Assembly (NCBI GenBank): GCA_002158475.1
Contig: KZ155780.1
Coordinates: 519,092-551,091 of the forward strand
Origin: Ostreococcus tauri
Taxonomy: Eukaryota
Length of the DNA stretch: 32,000 bases
Reading direction: 5' to 3'
A program made the position numbers and the translations under genes. The notes beneath the pieces are model-generated. The model did no database searches. It saw nothing but the letters and a program-made list of their open reading frames with translations, and was not told the DNA's origin. Below are positions 1-7,798 of this stretch, one piece after another (the stretch's first letter is position 1; every line of letters starts with the position of its first letter).

Positions 1-2174
1 TCGTTGCCCTTGTACGATGGTCCGAACCAGCCTTGTTCGATCTCCGGAGTTACGTGCGTTTGCAAATCACGTGCATCGTGATCGTTCCAATCGTGACTAA
101 CCACACCCTTCGGCCCCGCGCTTGCGGCTCCGCACGGCGCCGTGGAAACGTACAGGTGTATGGTGACGTCTCGCTTGAGCGCAACCGTACCTGTGGCGTT
201 GTGCTCAAGGAACGTACTTTCACCCGCACGAACGAGCGACTCCAGCTCGCGATACAAGAGGCGCAACAAACCTCTTCGCGCTAATACCTCAGCGTGACTG
301 TCATGCACGTGCGCGTCCCAAAGAGAAGCATCCGCTCTGTTTCCGATTGCTGCCGCGACGTCTCCCGGAACGAACTTCGTACCGACGCCAAGCGAAAGCA
401 CCGTGAGGTCTCTCGGCTCATTTTCGTTCACGTTTTGCGCGACGATTCCAGCAATCACCGCTGTTCCTCTCGTCGCCGCGGCGTGCGCGGAACATCGAGA
501 TCTATACTCCGCGCCGACGCGCGCAGCTATTCTGTTTGCTAACGTTGATGAATCCGAGCCTCGCATTCGGCTCGCCGCTGCCGCCTCGCGTTCGGCGACG
601 AGTATCATCTCTTCCGTCGGTGCCGAGCCGCGCGAATTCATGGCGCGATTGATAACGCCTTCGACGTCGTGGACGTATGTACCGGAACAGCATTCCGTGA
701 GTTCTCTCGCTAAGGTGTCGTCAATTTGGTTCCCGTTGATCCAAAGCGTGCGAAGCGGGTTGCCAGCGGCTTGTCGCTCTCGCAAGGCACTCAATAGCGC
801 TCGAGCGCCGATGTTCGAGATGCTGTTGTGATCCAAGTGTAGCTCGATCAACCTAGACGCGTTCACGGAGCGAGATATCGCTTCTGCGATCGCTACGCAA
901 CCATCGTCTCCGATACCGTTTCCCCCCGAGTCGAGTACCTCGAGCGCTCCGTGTACCTCGACGAGTCGAGCCAACGCTTTTGCGCCGTCAACGCCAATGT
1001 CATTCGCATAAACGGCAAATTCACGCAAGGACCGATGATTTTCGAGCAGAGCGTTCGCGAGTTCTACGCATCCGCGCGCCCCAATCGAGTTGTGATGCGC
1101 TCCGAAGGCACGCACGCTCTCGCGCCTTTCTCGCAAGGCGTTCGCGATGACGAGCGCGCCTTCGTCACCGACATGCCGATCCGAGATACTCTTCAACGCT
1201 TCATCACATCGATCGACGTGAATAAAGTTTGCAGCTGCCTGACCGGCAAGCCTCCTGAACGAATCCGTGGCAAAACCTGGATTACCGCTCGCGTTCACAC
1301 TCGTCGTCGGCGGCGAGCGTTCCAATTCGTGTCTCAACAGCTCCATTCCCACCTCGCTCAGGGCGTTATCGCGCACGTCTAGTCGCTCAATGACGACACC
1401 ATCGTCGAGCAAAGCGCCGATGCACGCACGAACGTCGTCGTCCGTTAGACCTATCTTCCGAAACGACGCGACACCGTCTTTACGAACCTCCATTCCGCGC
1501 GCCGCCTCCATCCTACGCGCGCGTTGCCAATTGATCCGACTCCGCTCTCGCACCGCCGTCGCCATCTCCACGCTCACCTCGGGATTATTCGTCATAACGA
1601 TCGACTCCAACGCCTCGTTCGCCTCGCATGCGCGTATGAGCGCTCGCGCATCGTCGGCGTCCAGCCCGTTGTCCCGCAAGTTCACGCTCCGACACGTCGC
1701 CGTCTTCGTACCCATCGCTCGCTCCAGCGCCCATACGCGCCCACCGATCCCGCACCGCATTAAATTCAATCCTTTCACTGTCACCAGGGCTTCGAAAACG
1801 TCCCGCATCTCGTCGTCATCGCTCCGTGGCGTCTCCGCGAGTTCCGGCGTCTCCGCGAGCGACAGTTCCTCCAATCCCTCCAGCGCCCCCGACGTCGCGA
1901 GCGCGCGTCTCAGGTCCGCTCCCGGGATCGAACGTAACGCGCCGCTCAAATTGAGCGTCTTCGCGCGCGATTCTTTCGCCGCATCGAGGACGGCGATCAA
2001 AGCGTCGCCGTCGCGCAGCGTCGCGCCTCTGAGTGAAATCCTCACCGACGCTTCGCTCGACGCCTGCGACGCGCTCGCGCGCGCGCGGACGAGCGCGGAC
2101 GCTTGGGATGCGTCGAGGGGCGGTTTCGTCTTTTGTCGCGCGCGACGACGCACGGGGTCAGCGTCGCCGGTCAT
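1..2174 (-). CDS. RNI-type leucine-rich-repeat protein fused to an ADAT1/ADAR-family adenosine deaminase (A_deamin) domain; the 3' end runs off the left edge of the window
   Basis: The minus-strand frame is continuous from ATG 2174..2172 to nt 1 (724 codons, no in-frame stop). An in-frame TAA at 2270..2268 with no intervening ATG makes 2174 the first ATG. The ORF is absent from the supplied track because it has no stop in the window. The N-terminal ~480 aa are RNI/RanGAP-type LRR units, e.g. ISDRHVGDEGALVIANALRE, AHHNSIGARGCVELANALLENH, LDSGGNGIGDDGCVAIAEAISRS, LHLDHNSISNIGARALLSAL. The C-terminal part (about nt 1..560) carries VLSLGVGTKFVPG, DSHAEVLARRGLLRLLY (H-A-E at 296..288) and HLYVSTAPCGAAS (P-C-G at 137..129). 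Confidence 0.75.
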   Translation of the reverse strand, partial: MTGDADPVRRRARQKTKPPLDASQASALVRARASASQASSEASVRISLRGATLRDGDALIAVLDAAKESRAKTLNLSGALRSIPGADLRRALATSGALEGLEELSLAETPELAETPRSDDDEMRDVFEALVTVKGLNLMRCGIGGRVWALERAMGTKTATCRSVNLRDNGLDADDARALIRACEANEALESIVMTNNPEVSVEMATAVRERSRINWQRARRMEAARGMEVRKDGVASFRKIGLTDDDVRACIGALLDDGVVIERLDVRDNALSEVGMELLRHELERSPPTTSVNASGNPGFATDSFRRLAGQAAANFIHVDRCDEALKSISDRHVGDEGALVIANALRERRESVRAFGAHHNSIGARGCVELANALLENHRSLREFAVYANDIGVDGAKALARLVEVHGALEVLDSGGNGIGDDGCVAIAEAISRSVNASRLIELHLDHNSISNIGARALLSALRERQAAGNPLRTLWINGNQIDDTLARELTECCSGTYVHDVEGVINRAMNSRGSAPTEEMILVAEREAAAASRMRGSDSSTLANRIAARVGAEYRSRCSAHAAATRGTAVIAGIVAQNVNENEPRDLTVLSLGVGTKFVPGDVAAAIGNRADASLWDAHVHDSHAEVLARRGLLRLLYRELESLVRAGESTFLEHNATGTVALKRDVTIHLYVSTAPCGAASAGPKGVVSHDWNDHDARDLQTHVTPEIEQGWFGPSYKGN

Positions 2175-2267
2175 GCGACGCGACTCCGCGCCGCGCGTCG
2201 CGGAGTGTCCAACGCACGGCGTCGCGCATCGGGTTGGGAAACTACGAACTACGTTTGATTGTTTAGA

Positions 2268-3341
2268 TTACACCATATCGTCGTCGTCATCGTCGTCGTC
2301 ATCGTCATCTTCATCGTTATCGTCATCGTCGTCGTCGTCGTCTTCGTCTTCGTCTTCGGATTCGCCGTCTTCGTCCGTCTCCCACTCCTCGTCCTCGCCC
2401 TCTTCGCCGGCGCCGCCCATGACGTCTTGCAACACGTCAACCGCATCCGTGGCCTCGTCGTAGACCGTCGTCACCCCGTCGTCGTTCTCCTCCACATCCA
2501 CGCCGCCGACGTTTTGTTTCGTCGACGCGCTCGCGTGCAAGACGAGCTCCAACCGCCCCAACAACGCCTGCAACGATCCTTGCATCGAGACGTGCGATTC
2601 GATCGTCTGCGACAGCTTCAACAACGTCGCTCGCGCTTTCGGCGCGCTCGACGCGTATCCAGCGTGATGCAACAAGATTGTCCTCGCCCATCGCGCGCAC
2701 CGCTCGCCGCTTCCCGGCTTTGCCTGCGCCCTCGCCGCGCACTCCGACAACAACTTCATCGCGTTCGACGCGCTCAACCGACTCACCGTGTTCGCGATCG
2801 TCGTTCTATCATTCACCGACAAGCACCGTTCGATCAACGCCGCGTCGTCCGCGCGCAACGCTTGCGACAACAGCGCGCTCAGCGAATCCGCCCGCGCCGT
2901 CGTCGACCCGGACCGCCCTTTCCCGTCCGCGTCCCCACCGTCGCCCATCGCCCGCGGCGTCGCGTCCAGCGCCCCGTCGGCATCGAACGCGGCATCGACC
3001 GTCGTTCCATCGATCGCGCGTCCACGGGCGAGGCGCAGCGCGCGCGCGCGGGCGCCGAGCGTCGTCGTCCCCTCGGCCGCCGCCGCCTCGATGGCGGCAT
3101 CGTCATCGCATTTCGTCGTCCCGTCCTCGTCCTCGCGCTGCGGTCGCGACGCCATCGCGCGCGGGGGTAACATCGAGCGTCGCTTCGCCATCGCGCGCGT
3201 CGGTCGCGGCGTCGTGGCGTCGAGGGCGCGCGATGCGTCGACGGGCGATGCGTCGACGGGTGTGCTGGGTTGGGTAAAATTGGCATCACGATCTCCCTCA
3301 CGACCCGAAACTTCGTGATCTGCATCACGATCACGACCCAT
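2268..3341 (-). CDS. Utp12-domain protein (UTP5/WDR43 C-terminal-like small-subunit processome component) with a poly-Asp/Glu tail
   Basis: 357-codon ORF with ATG at 3341 and TAA at 2270..2268. The central segment SLSALLSQALRADDAALIERCLSVNDRTTIANTVSRLSASNAMKLLSECAARAQAKP...RWARTILLHHAGYASSAPKARATLLKLSQTIESHVSMQGSLQALLGRLELVL follows the Utp12/UTP5 pattern as I remember it. No WD40 repeats are present. ATG 3341 sits inside a promoter-type palindrome, so ATG 3191 (MAKRRSML...) is an equally plausible start. Confidence 0.6.
   Translation of the reverse strand: MGRDRDADHEVSGREGDRDANFTQPSTPVDASPVDASRALDATTPRPTRAMAKRRSMLPPRAMASRPQREDEDGTTKCDDDAAIEAAAAEGTTTLGARARALRLARGRAIDGTTVDAAFDADGALDATPRAMGDGGDADGKGRSGSTTARADSLSALLSQALRADDAALIERCLSVNDRTTIANTVSRLSASNAMKLLSECAARAQAKPGSGERCARWARTILLHHAGYASSAPKARATLLKLSQTIESHVSMQGSLQALLGRLELVLHASASTKQNVGGVDVEENDDGVTTVYDEATDAVDVLQDVMGGAGEEGEDEEWETDEDGESEDEDEDDDDDDDDNDEDDDDDDDDDDDMV
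2277..2358. repeat. Imperfect trinucleotide (GTC/ATC/TTC)n tract encoding the acidic tail of the Utp12-domain protein
   Basis: Direct reading gives atcgtcgtcgtcatcgtcgtcgtcatcgtcatcttcatcgttatcgtcatcgtcgtcgtcgtcgtcttcgtcttcgtcttcgg. On the minus strand this translates to EDEDEDDDDDDDDNDEDDDDDDDDDDD. Confidence 0.8.
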
Positions 3342-3356
3342 GGATCGTGATGCGAC
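3283..3356. promoter_or_regulatory. Left copy of a ~70-bp palindrome-containing module in the divergent promoter between the Utp12-domain gene and the ATAD2-like gene
   Basis: Block order is GCATCACGATCT ... TTCGTGAT ... GCATCACGAT (3322..3331), a 12-nt loop, then ATCGTGATGC (3344..3353), forming a perfect 10-bp inverted repeat. The same block order recurs at 3553..3622. Confidence 0.55.
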
Positions 3357-3552
3357 CTTGGAGGAAATTTCAAGCTTGCGGCGACGCTCTTCGAGGGGGT
3401 GCTAGGGTTAGAACAGTGACACAATTTACTTATCATCGCTATATTTCCTCGAAACCGGTACCGACATAGCGTATTATCAGTCACGTGATGCTTATCAGTG
3501 AGGTATACCCGTCAATATCAGCAAATGATAGGCTTTACATACACTCAATATA

Positions 3553-3622
3553 GCATCATGATCTGAATCATCGATTTCGTGATGGGCGTCAGCATCACGA
3601 CTCATAGATCGTGATGATGCCA
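3553..3622. promoter_or_regulatory. Right copy of the ~70-bp palindrome-containing module
   Basis: Block order is GCATCATGATCT ... TTCGTGAT ... CATCACGA (3593..3600), an 8-nt loop, then TCGTGATG (3609..3616). This copy is collinear with 3283..3356. The two copies bracket an AT-richer core containing TTATCAGT-CACGTG-ATGC-TTATCAGT (3474..3499). Confidence 0.55.
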
Positions 3623-3998
3623 ACCTAGCGGGTGTGTGTGCGCTTGATGGTCATACAGATTATACGATACGGGACCATACCGTATACTGTGACACATGTA
3701 CGGCTATGTGGGTGCGACAGCGCCGCGCGCATCGGCGACCCGGCGCGTCGACGCGCGAGACGCCGGCGCGACGCCGAAGCGCGCGCGAGAGGGGGGGCGT
3801 CGGACGAAGGGTTTTTTCCCGCGCCCGCGTCGACGTCGCGGCGGCGCGTCGACGGCGACGCGCGGCGCGCGACGGTGGTGCGGATTTTGAAATCATCATC
3901 GCCATCGCGCGCGCGTCCGTGGGCGTCGACGACGCCGAGATATCGCGCGCGACGCCGAGACATCGCGCGCGTGGACGCCGTCGGTGCGCTGGGCGCGC

Positions 3999-6900
3999 AT
4001 GGGAAGCGACGGGACGATCGCGTCGACGTCGGGGGCGGCGTTCGCGTGCGGACTGTGCCCGACGGCGCGGCGGAACGGACGGCCGAGGAAGTCGTTGCGA
4101 CGATGTTACGACGCGTTGGACGCGGACGAACGGCTCCCGCCGACGCTCATGGAACGCCGAGACGCGGTGCCGACGGCGCTGCATCAAGCGTGCGCGTTGT
4201 GGTGCCCGGAGGTGTACTTTGACGCGGCGACGGAACGGTTGAGAAACGTGCGGGAGGCGGTGACGCGGGCGAGGCGATTGCGATGTCATCGGTGCGGCGA
4301 GAGGGGGGCCGCGGTGGGGTGCGCGATCGATGCGTGTCCGAGGAGTTATCACTTGGTGTGCGCGCACGAGGATGGGTGCGCGTTCGCGGTGGGGGAGTTT
4401 GCGCTCGCGTGCCCGAGGCACGTCGGACGGTTGGCGCGAGAGCGCCCGGACGCGCGGTGGGCCGAGGTTGGCGTGGAGGAGGACGTCGTCGGGGACGTCA
4501 ATGGTGATTTGAATGGGAATGGGATCGAAGGGGCGGTGGGCGATGGCGCGAACGGGGTCGGTGGAACGGGCGCGCCGGCGGGCCCGGCGGCGGTGGCGAC
4601 GATGGCGGTGAAAGGAGCGACGCCAATTTTGAACAGGATTCGCGCCGCGGCGGAGATGAATCGAGGGATGAATCAGAAGAAGAAAAAGAAAAAACGGGCG
4701 CGGTTGAACGACGAACGGTTCATGAACACACGTGAGGGGGCGATATATCGCACTGTCATCGAGGCTGGCGCGCGTATGAACGCGGAGAAGGACAAGGTGG
4801 GCGCCATCGAGGACGACGACGAGGCGTTTCGCCTTCGGGAGTCCAGGAGATTGGATAAGGACAAGGCGGAAATCCCGCGGGTGATAATTGGTGGTGGACT
4901 CGGGACGTCGGAGTACTCCCAAGGGTGGGAATCGCTCGCGGGGATGGAGGAGCACGTCAAGACGCTCAAGGAGATGACGCTGCTGCCGCTGACGTATCCA
5001 GAGATATTCGAGCGTCTGGGCGCGGGCGCCGCGCGCGGGGTGTTGTTACACGGTCCACCGGGGACGGGGAAGACGGCAGCCGTGCGCGCGATGCTCGGCG
5101 CCGCCGCGCGAGGACCGACACCGATTAGCTTTTTCAGTCGCCTCGGGGCGGATTGTTTGGGTAAGTACAGCGGCGAGGCCGAACGCAAGCTTCGTTTACT
5201 CTTCGAGGAGGCGGAAAAGCGACAGCCGAGCATAATATTCTTTGACGAGATCGACGGGTTAGCGCCAGCGAGGCGAGGAGGGGGGAGTTCAGGGGCACAG
5301 GATGAGATTCATTCCTCCGTCGTCGCGACGCTTCTCGCCCTGATGGATGGACTCTCGGGACGTGGCTCCGTCGTCGTCATCGCGTCGACGAACAGACCAG
5401 ACGCCGTGGACGCTGCGCTTCGGCGACCGGGACGATTCGATCGCGAGTTGTTCTTCGGCTTGCCGGACGTGCGCGCGCGGGCGGAAATACTGGACGTGCA
5501 CACGCGCGCGTGGACACCGCGGCCGAATCGAGCGACTCTCGATGCCTTGGCGGGTCTCACCGAAGGTTGCGCCGGGGCAGATCTGCGCGCTATCGCGAAC
5601 GCGGCACTCATGAGCGCACTAAGACGATCTTGTCCGTCGCTCTTGCGCGGTGATCCAACGCGCGATTCGCTCGCGGCTGAACTCGAGGCGCGGCTGCCGC
5701 CGCCGGAGAGCGCGCAGACAGCGCTCGACGAGGCGAGCCGCGCGAGTGCGTCCGGACACGTCGGCGCCCAGTTGACGCTCAAGCAATTTGAAGCGCTTGC
5801 GACCCGCGTGCGTGTGTACTGGCCGATCGAAGATGCGCATCACGAGGCCACGATTGTCGGGTACGACAGGAACGCCGCGTGTCATCGACTGCGGTATGAC
5901 GACTCCAATCTCTTCGACGGCGAGGAGGTTTGGATGCAGCTCTTCAGACCGAATGTGGACGTGCGAGTGCTCGAGTACGATGAGATGGACGTAAATTTCA
6001 TCGTCGGAGGGAATCCCACGTACAAGGCGACGACGCGCGCGCGCGTACGCGAGACGGTCGGACATGCGAGAACGCTCCTGAAGAGTTATCGAGCTAGTCG
6101 ACGCGACGGTGTCTCCGTTTCTTTCGCCGATTGGCAATGCGCGTTGAAGACGACTTCTAGCGCGTGCTCGGCGAGAAGCGCGAGCGCCGCGCTCGTGCCT
6201 CGAGGCAAACCACTCGATGAGTACATGAAACCTCTCCTGGGCGACTCGGCGCGACGCGCGGTGGACGAGCTCATCAAGCGCGGCGCTGCGCCAGCGAGCG
6301 ATGACGAATGCGGTGACGCGAATAACGAGGAGAAGGGATCCACAGTCAAGAGTTGTCGCATACTCTTGGCTGGAGAGGGCGATAACGGTCAGCAAGAGGT
6401 TATGGACGTCGTCTTGAACCGGTTGAACGCGACGTCATCGCACCTGGTAAATCTGGCTTCGCTCATATCTCACGGCGACGGCGACGCCGCGCGCGGCGTT
6501 GCACTGTCGCTCCACGAACCCCTTCGCCAGGCCATGCGCACGCAGACGACGTTAGTGATGCCTAATTTGGATCTCTGGGCGTTGGCCAGGACCGATGACG
6601 AGAACGGCGAAGAGGGCGTGACAACGAGCGCGCTCTGGGATCTCGTGCAAACCACCGTCTCGGAGTGTTACGCGGACGACGGGAACGAATCTTCAGGGTC
6701 GCTTTGCGTAGTCGCTTCGGTTGGATTGCCACACAGTGCTCTTCCGAGCGGCATCAAACATTTTTTCGAAAAATCGGGCACCGTTTTGAACGTCGAGCCG
6801 AATCTGTGCGAGACGTCAATCTCGTGTAGCTTCGGGCTCGCGGCAGCACACATCGGCAAAGACGTCGAGTCGGCGCACAGAGAAGCGCGAGCGCGCAAGT

Positions 6901-7622
6901 CAATGGCGTCGCAAGTTATAACGTCGATGTCACAACGCGTCGCGGAGATGAGACCGAACAACGCGGAGACGACCGAGACGGCGGAAGCTGCGTGCGAAGC
7001 GCTTCGAATTCGTGTCAGACGAACTCGCGCCGTCGTACGAGGGGCGATTGCAAAGTGCGTGAAAGAGCTGCTCAAGACGCGTCGATTTGACCGCTTCTTC
7101 GATAGATCCGAACAGGCGGGTAATTTGATTCGGTTAGCGCTCGACCGCAAGATTGGCGACCCGAACAGATTCATCAAGGATCTTCGTGCGTGCGCCAAGG
7201 CGCTTAAGCCACGACGGAACACGCACTCAAACGTGCATAAACCGGTCGTTTCTCTGGGATTCAACGCCGTGGACACGCTCGAGAGTTGGTTCCACCTCGG
7301 GGTGACCGAACTGTACGAACAATACGTCGAAAAAGACGCCGAGTACGACGAGGCGTTGCGCCGAGCGGCGACAGCTCTACCTCGAATCGCTGCGAGCGAA
7401 CCGCTCGACTTAGTTGACTATACCGTGAAGACGACGACGACGACGAACGTTGTTCCATCATTACCCCCGATCGATCGCAAGAGCATCGTCGACGAAGTCA
7501 CGACGGCACTCAAGACGGGTTTGTCATCGTGCAACACGCTCGCTGAATTCAGAGCGCTCGTTGACGACGTTCGATCGATCAAACGCGCCGAAATGCGGCG
7601 ACGCGTGGAGTGCGCGTGTTAG
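3999..7622 (+). CDS. ATAD2/Yta7-family AAA+ ATPase with an N-terminal extended PHD finger and an internal Tudor-like domain
   Basis: The track ORF starts at GTG 3984; the first ATG is 3999 and the stop is TAG 7620..7622. An ePHD-type Cys/His pattern lies at 4047..4421 (CGLC ... HQACALWCPEVYF ... CHRCGERGAAVGC...CPRSYHLVCA ... CPRH). Walker A GPPGTGKT is at 5052..5075 and Walker B IIFFDEIDG starts at 5232, followed by STNRPDAVDAALRRPGRFDRE. A Tudor-like segment VRVYWPIEDAHHEATIVGYDRNAACHRLRYDDSNLFDGEEVWMQL lies at 5808..5942. A degenerate second AAA P-loop CRILLAGEGDNGQ lies at 6354..6395, as in ATAD2 D2. Confidence 0.8.
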   Translation: MGSDGTIASTSGAAFACGLCPTARRNGRPRKSLRRCYDALDADERLPPTLMERRDAVPTALHQACALWCPEVYFDAATERLRNVREAVTRARRLRCHRCGERGAAVGCAIDACPRSYHLVCAHEDGCAFAVGEFALACPRHVGRLARERPDARWAEVGVEEDVVGDVNGDLNGNGIEGAVGDGANGVGGTGAPAGPAAVATMAVKGATPILNRIRAAAEMNRGMNQKKKKKKRARLNDERFMNTREGAIYRTVIEAGARMNAEKDKVGAIEDDDEAFRLRESRRLDKDKAEIPRVIIGGGLGTSEYSQGWESLAGMEEHVKTLKEMTLLPLTYPEIFERLGAGAARGVLLHGPPGTGKTAAVRAMLGAAARGPTPISFFSRLGADCLGKYSGEAERKLRLLFEEAEKRQPSIIFFDEIDGLAPARRGGGSSGAQDEIHSSVVATLLALMDGLSGRGSVVVIASTNRPDAVDAALRRPGRFDRELFFGLPDVRARAEILDVHTRAWTPRPNRATLDALAGLTEGCAGADLRAIANAALMSALRRSCPSLLRGDPTRDSLAAELEARLPPPESAQTALDEASRASASGHVGAQLTLKQFEALATRVRVYWPIEDAHHEATIVGYDRNAACHRLRYDDSNLFDGEEVWMQLFRPNVDVRVLEYDEMDVNFIVGGNPTYKATTRARVRETVGHARTLLKSYRASRRDGVSVSFADWQCALKTTSSACSARSASAALVPRGKPLDEYMKPLLGDSARRAVDELIKRGAAPASDDECGDANNEEKGSTVKSCRILLAGEGDNGQQEVMDVVLNRLNATSSHLVNLASLISHGDGDAARGVALSLHEPLRQAMRTQTTLVMPNLDLWALARTDDENGEEGVTTSALWDLVQTTVSECYADDGNESSGSLCVVASVGLPHSALPSGIKHFFEKSGTVLNVEPNLCETSISCSFGLAAAHIGKDVESAHREARARKSMASQVITSMSQRVAEMRPNNAETTETAEAACEALRIRVRRTRAVVRGAIAKCVKELLKTRRFDRFFDRSEQAGNLIRLALDRKIGDPNRFIKDLRACAKALKPRRNTHSNVHKPVVSLGFNAVDTLESWFHLGVTELYEQYVEKDAEYDEALRRAATALPRIAASEPLDLVDYTVKTTTTTNVVPSLPPIDRKSIVDEVTTALKTGLSSCNTLAEFRALVDDVRSIKRAEMRRRVECAC

Positions 7623-7798
7623 GGTGAGACATCCGTCATGATAAATGGAAACACGCTGTAAGAATAACGTCACTAGCCATTGATAGATTAACGCACATCC
7701 CACCGCTTTACGGATGAAACAGTTGAAAAAGCATCGTGTCAACGCCAACGCCCACCACTCGCTCCACACCCTCCCGCGTGCCGTGAAACTCACCCACG

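Noticed and set aside
1267-2463. 398-aa plus-strand ORF, Ser-rich with a long poly-Ser tail
   Set aside because: It is antisense to the well-supported LRR-deaminase ORF and to the acidic tail of the Utp12-domain gene. The poly-Ser is simply the reverse reading of the (GAC/GAT)n Asp codons, and the ORF has no domain-like sequence.
3525-3535. 11-mer ATGATAGGCTT shared between the divergent promoter (3525..3535) and the tRNA downstream region (12935..12945). Likewise the near-identical TAGGGTT(T)AGAACAG at 3403 and 12355.
   Set aside because: With about 10^9 position pairs on two strands in a 32-kb window, hundreds of exact 11-mer coincidences are expected. On its own this is not evidence of homology.
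3660-4955. 431-aa minus-strand ORF, Arg/Pro-rich
   Set aside because: It is an antisense shadow of the ATAD2-like gene in a GC-rich sequence. It shows typical off-frame Arg/Pro/Ala composition and no recognisable motif.
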